A DNA stretch of 64,000 nucleotides from an uncultured Lachnotalea sp. (GTDB taxonomy: Bacteria; Bacillota; Clostridia; Lachnospirales; Lachnospiraceae). Both the position numbers and the translations under genes were made by a program. Of the stretch, positions 28,441-38,124 are shown in pieces. Position 1 is the first letter of the stretch; every line of letters starts with the position of its first letter. The stretch spans positions 2,444 to 66,443 of the forward strand of contig CAOKOS010000005.1 in assembly GCA_948470255.1 (NCBI GenBank), given 5' to 3'. The notes under the pieces are model-generated. The model worked only from the letters and a program-made list of their open reading frames with translations, ran no database searches and was not told the DNA's origin.

Positions 28441-31196
28441 TATTGGTTGGGCGGCTGGGCGGGAGCAGGCGAAGACGCCGGGTCAGAAGGTACAGCCGGG
28501 TTTTCAGGCGTCTGTTGTCCAGGAGCTGTTTGCCCAGGCGCAGTCTCTCCTGGAGCCGTCTGCCCGGGCGCGGTTTCGCCCGTCGGGTTATCCTCTCCGT
28601 TTATAAAGGGAAAAGTATAACTGGTATGGAGAGGGCAGGTACTGTTCCGCAAAGTATCAGGGAGGAGATAAGGGCTGTCGTCCGTACTGTCGGTGGATTC
28701 ATCGGTTAATGTCCGGTAAACGCGTTCTTCCCGCAGCGCTTCGGGACAAAACTCTGTGGCCAGAACATTGCTTAAACGGCAAACGGTGACTTTTGTATGA
28801 TGGTCGCAAACCTCAGTGGGCGTGGTGCCTCTGACAAAGTATTCTGTATAGACCATACTTCCGGCGGGGTCGGCATCACAGATACCGGGTACGGCCAGTT
28901 TGCCGGACTTATGGCAAATGGAAGCTTCCTCAATGTTCCCCGGCATTGCGGGAAATTCTTTCGCGGGAAGTTCTTCACAGGATCTGGCCATGATATTGCG
29001 CCAAATGGTTCTTACATCAGCGCCTGTGTCCAGGGAAGCGTTTTCATCATAGCCCTGCCAGACACCTAAAGTGTAATAAGGGGTGTAACCCACAAACCAG
29101 ATGTCGTTGGTATTAGTGGTAGTTCCGCTCTTTCCGGCAGTGGGCAGGTTGTCAATCTTCGTCTCTGGCCTGCTGGTGGGAATGTCAGAGCGGTTAAACA
29201 GGTAAGACCGGACACAGACTCCCTCCATGGCGTTGGTCAAAAGCCAAGCGGTGGATTCTTTGATTACGGTACGTGTTTCCGGACGGTTGTCAATGATGAT
29301 TTTACCATTTCTGTCTACAATTCTTGTATAATAAACCGGCTCCGTATAGATTCCCTGGTTGGCGATGGCAGCATAGGCGGCTGTCAGTTCCAGATTGCTG
29401 ACGCCATGGGTAATTCCGCCAAGGCAGAGGGGGGCGCCGATATCTGTGAATACTTCCCCGGTACTTTCGTCCATTTCACTTTCCACCAGGGAAGTGATAC
29501 CAAAGTCCAGGGCATATTGATAACCCGTTTGGGGGGTGACGGTATTCATCAGGGTTTTTAAGGCAATGATATTCATGGAATAGACAATGCCGTCCCGGAT
29601 ATTGGAATAGCCCACATAACTGTTGCCCCACCAGTTGGCAAAGTCTTTATTGTCCAGGGAATAAGGCGCATCATAATAAACAGAGCCGAGAGTAGCTCCG
29701 GCGCTGTCTAAAGCCGGGGCGAAAGCAGTCAGCACTTTAAATGTGGAACCAGGCTGGCGCAGAGTGTCGGTGGCGCGGTTTAAACTGAGGCTGGCGGTTT
29801 TCTTACCGCGCCCACCGCTTATTGCCACGATATAACCTGTCTCCTGATCCATCAGGACACAGGAACTCTGGGGCTGCAGGGTAATGTCCAGCCGTTCTCC
29901 CTGGATGGTGTCCCGGGCGCTTACCACGGTGGATTTGTATTCTTCCACGTGCTGGCGGATTTCTTCTTCGGTGTCATAAATTAATTTCACCTGGGCGCCG
30001 CCGTTTTTCTCCCGCAGCCATGTTTTGATATGGTTTTCGGAATAATTCTCTGTGGTGCCGTCCGCATGGGTGACGGAAAGGCGGTAAGTGAAGCTGTAGC
30101 GGATGTCGCTGTGGCTGTAATTTTCCGGCCGGGAAATCTCCTCATCCATGATTTTCTGCAGATTTGGATCCTGTGTGGTATAAATCCGAAGGCCGCCGCT
30201 ATAGAGCAGGGTACGGGCTTCTGTCTCAGAATATCCTGCTTTTTCCTGGAGGTCGGCCAGGACCTGGACAATGGTTTCATCCACGAAATAACTGTATATG
30301 GAGGATTCACTGTCCCTGGCGGCATCCACTTCCTGAATCCGTGTGTAGACATCATCCGCCCTGGCTTCTTTGAGGGCTTCTTCTGTGATATATCCCTGCT
30401 CATACATGTATTCCAGAACAATGTCGCGCCGCTTGACATTTTCTTCTGGATGGGTGATGGGATTATAGCGGGTGGGGTTGCTGGTGACAGCGGCAATCAC
30501 TGCACATTCGGACAGTGTCAGGTCGCTGACGCTTTTTCCAAAATAACGTTCGGAGGCCGCCTGTACCCCAAGGGTATTGGCCCCCAGGTTGATGGTATTC
30601 AGATAGTTTTGAAGGATAATTCTTTTATCCATTGTTTTTTCCAGCTGGATGGCCAGGTACTGCTCCTGGAGCTTCCGCTTGAATTTTGCACCCAGGGAAG
30701 TTTCCATGCCGCCGTTAAAAGCCACATTTTTAATTAACTGCTGGGTGATGGTGCTGGCGCCCTGGTCCAGTTCCCCGGACATGAGTCCCTGGAATACGGC
30801 GCGGGTCAGGCCTTTAATATCCACGCCGTTGTGATCCCAAAAGCGGGAGTCTTCAATGGCGATAAATGCGTGGATCAGGTTTTCGGGCATCTCTGAATAT
30901 TCAACAGGCTGCCTGTTGGAGCCGGCCATAACAAGAGTTTGTATTTCATTTCCTTCTGCATCATATATAATGGTAGCGGAAGCGCTTGGAGACATATCCA
31001 GGGTGCTTAAGTCAGGGGCAGAATTTAAAATACCGCGGACCATTCCAATACCGAGGGAAATAATTAATACAAATAAAGCCACGATTCCGGTCAGAAGAGC
31101 TTTGAAGGTCAAAATACCGGCTTTTGTTTTTCGCCTGGCAGATTTCGATGAACATGCGTGAATCTGTTTTTGCAGGCCAGATTTTCCGTAATTCAT
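28440..31196 (-). CDS. Class A penicillin-binding protein (PBP1A family)
   Basis: Transglycosylase motifs EDSRF..H.GVD, GASTITQQ, RKLQE; transpeptidase STFK, YSMN, KSGTT; RBS GGAGG before ATG 31196; C-terminal TAPG[EQ] repeats. Confidence 0.93.
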   Translation of the reverse strand: MNYGKSGLQKQIHACSSKSARRKTKAGILTFKALLTGIVALFVLIISLGIGMVRGILNSAPDLSTLDMSPSASATIIYDAEGNEIQTLVMAGSNRQPVEYSEMPENLIHAFIAIEDSRFWDHNGVDIKGLTRAVFQGLMSGELDQGASTITQQLIKNVAFNGGMETSLGAKFKRKLQEQYLAIQLEKTMDKRIILQNYLNTINLGANTLGVQAASERYFGKSVSDLTLSECAVIAAVTSNPTRYNPITHPEENVKRRDIVLEYMYEQGYITEEALKEARADDVYTRIQEVDAARDSESSIYSYFVDETIVQVLADLQEKAGYSETEARTLLYSGGLRIYTTQDPNLQKIMDEEISRPENYSHSDIRYSFTYRLSVTHADGTTENYSENHIKTWLREKNGGAQVKLIYDTEEEIRQHVEEYKSTVVSARDTIQGERLDITLQPQSSCVLMDQETGYIVAISGGRGKKTASLSLNRATDTLRQPGSTFKVLTAFAPALDSAGATLGSVYYDAPYSLDNKDFANWWGNSYVGYSNIRDGIVYSMNIIALKTLMNTVTPQTGYQYALDFGITSLVESEMDESTGEVFTDIGAPLCLGGITHGVSNLELTAAYAAIANQGIYTEPVYYTRIVDRNGKIIIDNRPETRTVIKESTAWLLTNAMEGVCVRSYLFNRSDIPTSRPETKIDNLPTAGKSGTTTNTNDIWFVGYTPYYTLGVWQGYDENASLDTGADVRTIWRNIMARSCEELPAKEFPAMPGNIEEASICHKSGKLAVPGICDADPAGSMVYTEYFVRGTTPTEVCDHHTKVTVCRLSNVLATEFCPEALREERVYRTLTDESTDSTDDSPYLLPDTLRNSTCPLHTSYTFPFINGEDNPTGETAPGQTAPGETAPGQTAPGQQTPENPAVPSDPASSPAPAQPPNQ

Positions 31197-31364
31197 AAAG
31201 TATCCTCCTGAACCTTCAGTATAACAGAAAAAGTATGACAAATAAAGGGGTATTTCCTTTCAGTTTTTTTGCATTTGTATTACATAAACGCAGGTTGCCG
31301 GATTTTGTCTTCTGTATTACAATAAGGGTATAGACAGTACAATAGAAGGACACAGGAGGAAGGC

Positions 31365-32021
31365 ATGAGACAGAGTTATCTGGAAGCATATCAGGGCGGC
31401 GAAGGGGAACTGGTGGAAAAAAAGTCCAGATTCATAGCCACAGTGCGTCCTGTGAAGACAGAAGAAGAGGCCGCCGCCTTTATAGAAGAAATGAGAAAAA
31501 AATATTGGAATGCCAGCCACAACTGCACGGCGTTTTGCATTGGCCGCGGCAATGAACTGACCCGCTGCAGCGACGACGGGGAACCGGGCGGGACAGCAGG
31601 CCGTCCCATGCTGGATGTACTTTTGGGAGAAGGGGTCCACAATGTGTGCGTGGTGGTGACAAGGTATTTTGGAGGGACCCTTCTGGGGACAGGCGGATTG
31701 GTACGGGCCTATTCCGGGGCGGTAAAAGAGGGATTAAAAAACAGCGTTATCCTTCACAAACAGCCGGGGCGGGAGGTGTCGGTTGCCTGTGATTATAACG
31801 GGCTGGGAAAGCTCCAGTATATCGCCGGCCAGATGGGGATTTCCATTTTAGATACGGAATATACGGATACGGTGGTTTCCAAACTTTTGCTGCCAGAAGA
31901 GCAGGCGGACGCTTTTGTGAAGCGGCTGACAGAGGCTACGGGAGGAAAAGCAGCCGTTGAGGTTCTGGGAATGTTGTATTTTGCGGTAAATGGCAAAGAT
32001 ATCCTTTTGTTTGAAGAATAA
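31365..32021 (+). CDS. yigZ: YigZ/IMPACT family protein
   Basis: KKSRFI, ASHNC.A, SDDGEP.GTAG.PML, RYFGG.LLG.GGL.RAY. Confidence 0.95.
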   Translation: MRQSYLEAYQGGEGELVEKKSRFIATVRPVKTEEEAAAFIEEMRKKYWNASHNCTAFCIGRGNELTRCSDDGEPGGTAGRPMLDVLLGEGVHNVCVVVTRYFGGTLLGTGGLVRAYSGAVKEGLKNSVILHKQPGREVSVACDYNGLGKLQYIAGQMGISILDTEYTDTVVSKLLLPEEQADAFVKRLTEATGGKAAVEVLGMLYFAVNGKDILLFEE

Positions 32022-32024
32022 TTT

Positions 32025-32756
32025 TTACTGCCAGCCGCCGTCCAGGGTAATGACCTGTCCTGTCAGATAAAGGGGTGAAGAAAGAATCTGCCATGCCGTC
32101 CGGGCCGCCTCCCTGGCAGTGCCAAAGCGCCCGGCGGGGATTTCTTCCAAGAGGGAGAGCCGCTCCTGTTGGGAGAGGAAATCATTCATGGCAGTGTCAA
32201 TGGCTCCGTAGGCCAGGGCATTTACCTGGATACCTGAGGGGGCCAGCTCCTTTGCCAGGGCTTTTGTGAGGGCATTGACGCCGCCTTTGGATGCTGAATA
32301 AGCAGTTTCCAGGGAAGCGCCGGAAGTTCCCCAGACAGAAGAAATATTTAAGATCCGTCCGCTTTTTTTGGCTATCATCGAGGGAATGGCCAGGCGGCAG
32401 CAGTAAAAGACGGAAGACAGGTTGGTGCTTATGACGGAATCCCACTGAGCGTCGTCCATATCCTGGAGGAGGCCCATATGGGAGATGCCGGCATTATTGA
32501 CTAACAGGTCTACAGAACCGAAAACTGTCTGTATTTCTTTGAAAAGTTTTGCGCATTGGGAGGAATCTGACACATCGGCAGGTACAGCCAGGCAGGGGGC
32601 TTTGGCGGCCAGAATCTCTTTCCGTGTTTCCAGGAGGAGAGATTCGTTTCTGGCACAGATGGCGCAGCGGAAGCCTTCTTCTGCCAGGCGGAGGGCGATG
32701 GCTTTTCCAATACCGCGGGATGCGCCAGTGATCAATGCCGTTTTTGCAGAATTCAT
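32025..32756 (-). CDS. SDR oxidoreductase, FabG/YmfI-like
   Basis: TGASRGIG, NNAG, NISSVWG, YSASK; RBS AAAGGAG before ATG 32756. Confidence 0.9.
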   Translation of the reverse strand: MNSAKTALITGASRGIGKAIALRLAEEGFRCAICARNESLLLETRKEILAAKAPCLAVPADVSDSSQCAKLFKEIQTVFGSVDLLVNNAGISHMGLLQDMDDAQWDSVISTNLSSVFYCCRLAIPSMIAKKSGRILNISSVWGTSGASLETAYSASKGGVNALTKALAKELAPSGIQVNALAYGAIDTAMNDFLSQQERLSLLEEIPAGRFGTAREAARTAWQILSSPLYLTGQVITLDGGWQ

Positions 32757-32833
32757 AATTTCTCCTTTCATTATCCATACTACCCTTAAACAGGTATCAG
32801 ACTTTAGTATACCACATTTATATGGAGGGTGTC

Positions 32834-33772
32834 ATGGGAGAAATTTATGATGTGGTCATTGTCGGTTCCGGGCCGGCAGGGCTTTCGGCGGCAGTCTATG
32901 CAAAACGGGCGGGGCTAAATATGCTGGTATTGGAACAGGCAGCCATGAGCGGCGGCCAGATTTTAAATACTTATGAAGTGGACAATTACCCGGGCGTTCC
33001 GAAAATCGGTGGCTTTGACCTGGCTGTGAACATGCGGGAACATGCGAAAAGCCTGGGGGCTGCCTTTGCCACCGATACGGTGGGCGCCCTGGAGGATGGT
33101 TTTCCTTATAAAACGCTGCGGGGAGAAAAAGGGAGCTACAAGGCGCGGTCGGTGATTCTTGCAAATGGGGCCAGGCACAGGCTTTTGGGGGTTCCAGGGG
33201 AGGAAAAGCTCACCGGGCATGGAGTCAGCTACTGTGCCACCTGTGACGGAATGTTTTTTAAGGATAAAACAGTGGCAGTCGTCGGAGGCGGCGATACAGC
33301 CATCGGGGATGCCATTCTCCTGTCAAGAACTTGCGGCAGGGTATACCTGATTCACCGCAGGGATAAACTGCGCGGGGCAGGAAGCCTTCAGAAACAGCTT
33401 TTTTCTCTGGAAAATGTAACCTTTCTCCCTGATACGGAGGTGGCGGAAATCACAGGCGAAACCGTGGTTACAGGCCTTCGGATCAGAAATAAAAAAGATG
33501 GGAAAGAAACGGGGCTTTCCCTCCAGGGTGTGTTTATTGCCGTGGGAATCATCCCGGAAACGGAAGTATGGAAAAACCTTGTGGAGACGGATAAGGCCGG
33601 GTATATACGGGCCGGGGAAGATGGCGTAACATCTGTACCCGGGATTTTTGCAGCCGGGGATATCCGTACAAAGCCTTTGAGGCAGGTGGTGACAGCAGCG
33701 GCAGACGGGGCAAACGCAGTCATTTCCGCGGAGCGTTATTTAAGTGAGAATATGCACAATGAAAGTATATAA
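32834..33772 (+). CDS. trxB: Thioredoxin-disulfide reductase
   Basis: GSGPAG, GVSYCATCDG, GGGDTA, HRRD, FAAGD. Confidence 0.95.
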   Translation: MGEIYDVVIVGSGPAGLSAAVYAKRAGLNMLVLEQAAMSGGQILNTYEVDNYPGVPKIGGFDLAVNMREHAKSLGAAFATDTVGALEDGFPYKTLRGEKGSYKARSVILANGARHRLLGVPGEEKLTGHGVSYCATCDGMFFKDKTVAVVGGGDTAIGDAILLSRTCGRVYLIHRRDKLRGAGSLQKQLFSLENVTFLPDTEVAEITGETVVTGLRIRNKKDGKETGLSLQGVFIAVGIIPETEVWKNLVETDKAGYIRAGEDGVTSVPGIFAAGDIRTKPLRQVVTAAADGANAVISAERYLSENMHNESI

Positions 33773-33800
33773 AATGACGGCATATGAGAGGAGGTATTTT

Positions 33801-34874
33801 ATGGCAGGGCAGGTGTGGGCAGAAACAGGAAAGACAGGGGGAGAACAGACACGGCTTTCCCCGGGGCCGCTTTTGAATGAACGTGGAGAGCTTTCTCAGG
33901 CGGGTTACGCCACTTCACTGGTAAAGACATATGACAGGAGGAAGGTGAAAGGGGGGGCTTTCCGCATCAAAGAGTGGGATTATTATCTCATTTATAATGA
34001 TAAATATGGGGTGGCCCTGACGCTGGATGATAATTCCTATATGGGGCTTGTCAGTATTTCATTTTTGGATTTTGAAAAACGGGCAGAGCATACTGCCAGT
34101 CCCATGACGGTATTTCCCATGGGGAAAACGGGATTTCCGGGAAGCTCTGTATCAGGGGATGTGTCCCTGGAAAAAAAGAATATGAAGATGTCTTTTCGCC
34201 ATGAAGGAGGTAAAAGGATCCTGGATGGGGAAATCCGGAGATTTGAAAAGGGGCTGCCGATCCGCGTCCATTTTGAACTGACAAAAGAGCCGGAGGACAG
34301 TATGGTGATCGCGACGCCGTTTCCGGAGAAAAAAACAGCTTTTTATTATAATCAGAAGATCATTGGCATGAGGGCCTGCGGCCGTGCAGAATATGCCGGC
34401 CATAGTTATGAATTCCGGCCGGAGGACAGCTTCGCTTTATTGGACTGGGGAAGAGGCGTCTGGACTTATGAAAATACCTGGTACTGGAGTGCGGCCATGG
34501 GAATTAGCGGCGGAGAAATGTTTGGATTCAACTTAGGCTATGGGTTCGGCGACACTTCGGCGGCTACGGAGAACATGCTGTTTTATAAAGGAAAGGCCCA
34601 CAAGCTGGGGCAGGTTCATTTCCTGATTCCCGGGGAGGAGGAGGGAAGGACCGATTACATGAAACCCTGGAAATTTACCTCTTCCGATGGGAGGCTGGAA
34701 CTTGATTTTACGCCTGTCCTGGACAGGAAGTCCCGTACAAGCGTAGGGGGGGTTTTAAGTGACCAGCATCAGGTGTTTGGCCATTTTGACGGAGAGGCAG
34801 TCCTGGATGACGGGACAAAACTTCCTGTGGTACATATGCTTGGATTTGCGGAAAAGGTACGCAATAAATGGTAA
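33801..34874 (+). CDS. DUF2804-family protein
   Basis: RIKEWDYY, FYYNQK, LDWGRGVW.Y...WYW, QHQVFG; RBS GAGGAGG before ATG 33801. Confidence 0.8.
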   Translation: MAGQVWAETGKTGGEQTRLSPGPLLNERGELSQAGYATSLVKTYDRRKVKGGAFRIKEWDYYLIYNDKYGVALTLDDNSYMGLVSISFLDFEKRAEHTASPMTVFPMGKTGFPGSSVSGDVSLEKKNMKMSFRHEGGKRILDGEIRRFEKGLPIRVHFELTKEPEDSMVIATPFPEKKTAFYYNQKIIGMRACGRAEYAGHSYEFRPEDSFALLDWGRGVWTYENTWYWSAAMGISGGEMFGFNLGYGFGDTSAATENMLFYKGKAHKLGQVHFLIPGEEEGRTDYMKPWKFTSSDGRLELDFTPVLDRKSRTSVGGVLSDQHQVFGHFDGEAVLDDGTKLPVVHMLGFAEKVRNKW

Positions 34875-34875
34875 G

Positions 34876-35739
34876 TCAGATTTCCCAGCGCCCCGACGCG
34901 CCGCAGGGGAGGACGAGGCCGCTTTCTGTCACCGGGAGGCCGATTTCACTGGAGGTGACGGTCCCCCCTTGTTTTTTCAACGCCGTGCCCAGCATATAGG
35001 AAAGAACGGCGGGGGCCAGTCCGGTGGTGTAGGAATTGATCAGGAAAAATAAGGGCTTTTCTGACAAAAGCCGGGTGCAAAGTTTCACCAGGGAAAAGAT
35101 ATTTTCTTCGATTTTCCAGATTTCCCCCTTGGGCCCGCGGCCATAAGAAGGCGGATCCATAATCACGGCATCGTAGAGGTTCCTGCGGCGGATTTCCCGT
35201 TCTGCGAATTTGACGCAGTCGTCGGTAATCCAGCGGATGGGGGCCTCAGACAGGCCGGAAGCCCTGGCATTTTCCCTGGCCCAGGACACCATGCCTTTGG
35301 AGGCGTCCACATGAGTCACCTGGGCGCCTGCGCGGGCGGCGGCCAAGGTAGCCCCCCCGGTATAGGCAAAAAGGTTTAAAACCTTGACGGGCCGTCCGGC
35401 TTTTTTTATTTTAGAAGAAAACCAATCCCAGTTGACGGCTTGTTCCGGGAAAAGGCCGGTGTGCTTAAAACTGAAAGGTTTTAAATGAAAAGTCAGAGCC
35501 AGAGGCCCGTAGTCAACGGCCCACTGCTCAGGCAGGTCAAAAAATTCCCATTCTCCTCCGCCGCGGCTGCTGCGATGATAATGGCCGTTTTTTTTCTGCC
35601 ATCCCCTGTGGTTTTTGGGAGTATCCCAGATGACCTGGGGGTCGGGGCGCACCAGGAGAAATTTTCCCCAGCGTTCCAGCTTTTCTCCTTTAGAAGTATC
35701 TATGATTTCATAATCTTTCCATTGGTCTGCAATCCACAT
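34876..35739 (-). CDS. Class I SAM-dependent methyltransferase (RlmI/YwbD-related)
   Basis: HTGLFPEQ, VLNLFAYTG, HVDAS, DPPSYG. Confidence 0.9.
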   Translation of the reverse strand: MWIADQWKDYEIIDTSKGEKLERWGKFLLVRPDPQVIWDTPKNHRGWQKKNGHYHRSSRGGGEWEFFDLPEQWAVDYGPLALTFHLKPFSFKHTGLFPEQAVNWDWFSSKIKKAGRPVKVLNLFAYTGGATLAAARAGAQVTHVDASKGMVSWARENARASGLSEAPIRWITDDCVKFAEREIRRRNLYDAVIMDPPSYGRGPKGEIWKIEENIFSLVKLCTRLLSEKPLFFLINSYTTGLAPAVLSYMLGTALKKQGGTVTSSEIGLPVTESGLVLPCGASGRWEI

Positions 35740-35849
35740 AACATGTATATTCCTCCGTATTTCGTATAAAGCTCATTATAAAGAGTTTTAGAGGGGGCGT
35801 CAATGCTTCCGGCTATTAAGCTTAAAATAAAGGCGTTTGGCGTCCCACC

Positions 35850-37310
35850 TTAAATGGAGACGGTTTTTGTTGCAATGATATCTTTAAAAGTGCGGTCATG
35901 TTCCACGAAAACCATCGTGGGAGAAAAGTCACGGATGAGCTGTTCGATCTGCATACGGGAGTAAATGTCAATGAAATTGAGGGGTTCATCCCACACATAC
36001 AGATGGGCCTGCTCACAAAGGCTTTTGGCAATCATCACTTTTTTCTTCTGGCCGCCGGAAAAATCCTTCATATCTTTTTCAAACTGTATCCGGTCGAAAT
36101 CCAGTTTCCGCAAAAGGGCTTTGAATAAGTTTTCGTTGAGACCGTACTGCTTTGAAAAATCGGCGAGAGTCCCTTGCAGATGGGAAGTATCCTGGGGGAC
36201 ATAGGAAACCATGAGGCCGGAGCCGACGGCAACTGTACCGGTATGTCCGATTGCTTCCCCCAGTAAGAGCTTCAGTAAACTGCTTTTGCCACTCCCGTTT
36301 TTTCCATCCAATACGATGCGATCCCCTCTCTGTACGGTAAATGAAATGGGATCACAGACTGTACGGCCGTCGTAGCAGACAGATACGCCGGAAAAAGAAA
36401 CAAGTGTATCGGCGTGATATTGTAATGGGATCAGCTTTAATGTATCGGCAGTTTCCAGGTTTTTTAAAAGGCCGGATTTTTGCTCAATGGCTTGTTGTGT
36501 CCTTGATTCGATGGATTTGGCGCGCTTCATCATCTTGGCTGATTTATGCCCCACATATCCTTTATCAGCGGCTCCGATTTTTGAGGCTTCTACACGGTCG
36601 GACCAGGCGCCAGAGCGCCTGGATGACTGCTGTAACCGTTTAATATCCTTTTGCAGGCGGTCATGTTGGGCCTGTTCAAAAGCCTGACGGCGTTCAAAAT
36701 TTAACATCCAGGAGGAAAAGTTTCCTCCCTGTATTTCTATATCCGTTTTGTTTATGGAAAGAATGTGGTCGATACATCCATCCAGAAAATGACGGTCGTG
36801 GGATACCAGGATAAATCCTTTTTTCCTTTGCAAATAAGCAGACACGACCTCCCTGGCTTTGGCGTCCAGGTGATTGGTGGGCTCATCAATCAACAGGAAA
36901 TGCCCTTCATTCAAAAAGAGGGCGGCAAGCAGGACTTTCGTCTGTTCACCGTTGGAAAGCGTCTCAAAGGGACGCCAGAACACATCGGAATCCACATCGA
37001 GAAGCGATAGCTCTTTCAAAAATTCCCACTGCCCGGCGCGGGGGCAGACCTCTTGCAAAATATCCGCAGTCAGCCTGCTTCTATCCTCCACAGGATAGGG
37101 AAAATAATCAAACTGTACGGAGGATATGATGTTTCCCCGATATTCATGCTTTCCCAGAAGAAGATTAAGAAACGTTGTCTTTCCTCTGCCGTTTCGCCCC
37201 ACGAATCCCAGCTTCCAATCAGTGTCAATCTGAAAGGAAACATCCTCAAAAATGTTATCGTAATTGGAAAGATAGGAAAAAGTAAGATTTTCCACTTTGA
37301 TTATTGACAT
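35850..37310 (-). CDS. lsa: Lsa-family ABC-F ribosomal protection protein
   Basis: Two ABC domains (GRNGRGKTT/LSNGEQ/DEPTNHLD and GKNGSGKS/FSGGQ/WDEPLN), no TM; DTDWKLG and ADKGYVGHKSAKMMKRAK linker typical of Lsa proteins. Confidence 0.88.
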   Translation of the reverse strand: MSIIKVENLTFSYLSNYDNIFEDVSFQIDTDWKLGFVGRNGRGKTTFLNLLLGKHEYRGNIISSVQFDYFPYPVEDRSRLTADILQEVCPRAGQWEFLKELSLLDVDSDVFWRPFETLSNGEQTKVLLAALFLNEGHFLLIDEPTNHLDAKAREVVSAYLQRKKGFILVSHDRHFLDGCIDHILSINKTDIEIQGGNFSSWMLNFERRQAFEQAQHDRLQKDIKRLQQSSRRSGAWSDRVEASKIGAADKGYVGHKSAKMMKRAKSIESRTQQAIEQKSGLLKNLETADTLKLIPLQYHADTLVSFSGVSVCYDGRTVCDPISFTVQRGDRIVLDGKNGSGKSSLLKLLLGEAIGHTGTVAVGSGLMVSYVPQDTSHLQGTLADFSKQYGLNENLFKALLRKLDFDRIQFEKDMKDFSGGQKKKVMIAKSLCEQAHLYVWDEPLNFIDIYSRMQIEQLIRDFSPTMVFVEHDRTFKDIIATKTVSI

Positions 37311-37334
37311 AAAAAGCCTCCTTCTTTATTCCTT

Positions 37335-37598
37335 TTGCGCCCTTGTACGCAAATAAGAGCCGCAGGAAAATCAATTCCTGCAGCTCCTCATAGCATAATA
37401 AAATATTCCACAAAAATCATGGAAGAAAGCTATTTATGTGCGTGAACAGATTTAAAACTTTCCTGCAAAGGGCGCAACAATACTGTAAAAGACAGTATCA
37501 CTGCATGATTCAATTTATTTGCAGGAAATGTTTTGCATCTTTTCACCTCTTTCTCATAATATCTTTTTTACTATAGCATGTTTTTTCAAAAGAATCAA
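37335..37598 (-). promoter_or_regulatory. Promoter and leader-peptide attenuator of the lsa-like gene
   Basis: TTGATT-17-TATAGT promoter; uORF at 37538-37515; alternative helices; terminator GAGCTGCAGGAA-N6-TTCCTGCGGCTC-TTATTT at 37386-37351. Confidence 0.8.
37515..37538 (-). CDS. Leader peptide MQNISCK
   Basis: RBS GAGGTG then ATG CAA AAC ATT TCC TGC AAA TAA inside the attenuator. Confidence 0.7.
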   Translation of the reverse strand: MQNISCK

Positions 37599-37688
37599 GA
37601 TGTCCATGGACACAGCCTCATTCTTTTGCCTGCCGGCATTATAGCGTGTGAATCACAATGTATCTGAGATAATGGGATCCCAGACAGT

Positions 37689-37714
37689 AAAAAATCCTGC
37701 TATGCAGGATTTTT
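37689..37714 (-). terminator. Terminator of ssrA
   Basis: AAAAATCCTGC-ATA-GCAGGATTTTTT immediately after the tmRNA 3' end. Confidence 0.85.
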
Positions 37715-37716
37715 AA

Positions 37717-38064
37717 GTGGACCTGAGGGGAATCGAACCCCTGTCCGAAAGCCCTTCCATCCAGGTTTCTTCCATCATAGTCTCTGTTTTTTAATTCCCT
37801 CATAAAGGCGCCCAAAGACAGGCTCCCCTACTTGGTAGCTTCATCCATTCTTCCACCTCCGCAAAGCTTAAGAGGCGAAGTTCCTCACATCATCGATGCC
37901 GGTGTCTTAAGCTGTGAGCGACCTAAGTCCGACAGCTGCAATTAAGCAGCGTACGCTAACTGTTCGTCTGCGTTTATATTTAAGTTTTCCATGTTGGTGA
38001 CGCAGCCACGGTCTGCGGATGGCTTCCCAGACTTCTAAACCCCCGTCGAAACCAGTACAAGCCC
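37717..38064 (-). ncRNA. ssrA: tmRNA (transfer-messenger RNA), tag (A)ADEQLAYAA
   Basis: 5' GGGCTTGTACTGGTTTCGAC; 3' GGGGTTCGATTCCCCTCAGGTCCAC with G3-U pair in the acceptor stem; tag reading frame 37971-37942 GCA GAC GAA CAG TTA GCG TAC GCT GCT TAA. Confidence 0.97.
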
Positions 38065-38095
38065 TGGTTTATAAAAACGAACATTTTGTAGATGT

Positions 38096-38124
38096 ATTAT
38101 AAACGGATAAAACAGAATTGTCAA
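38096..38124 (-). promoter_or_regulatory. Consensus sigma-A promoter of ssrA
   Basis: TTGACA-17-TATAAT on the minus strand. Confidence 0.85.

Noticed and set aside
28331-28709. ORFs 28331..28606 and 28428..28709 as real genes
   Set aside because: They derive from the repeat unit and the antisense of the PBP1A repeat tail; no RBS or recognisable domain
35750-37720. Integrative element inserted at the tmRNA 3' end carrying the lsa-like gene
   Set aside because: ssrA is a common integration site, but I see no integrase and no duplicated ssrA 3' end beyond the lsa gene
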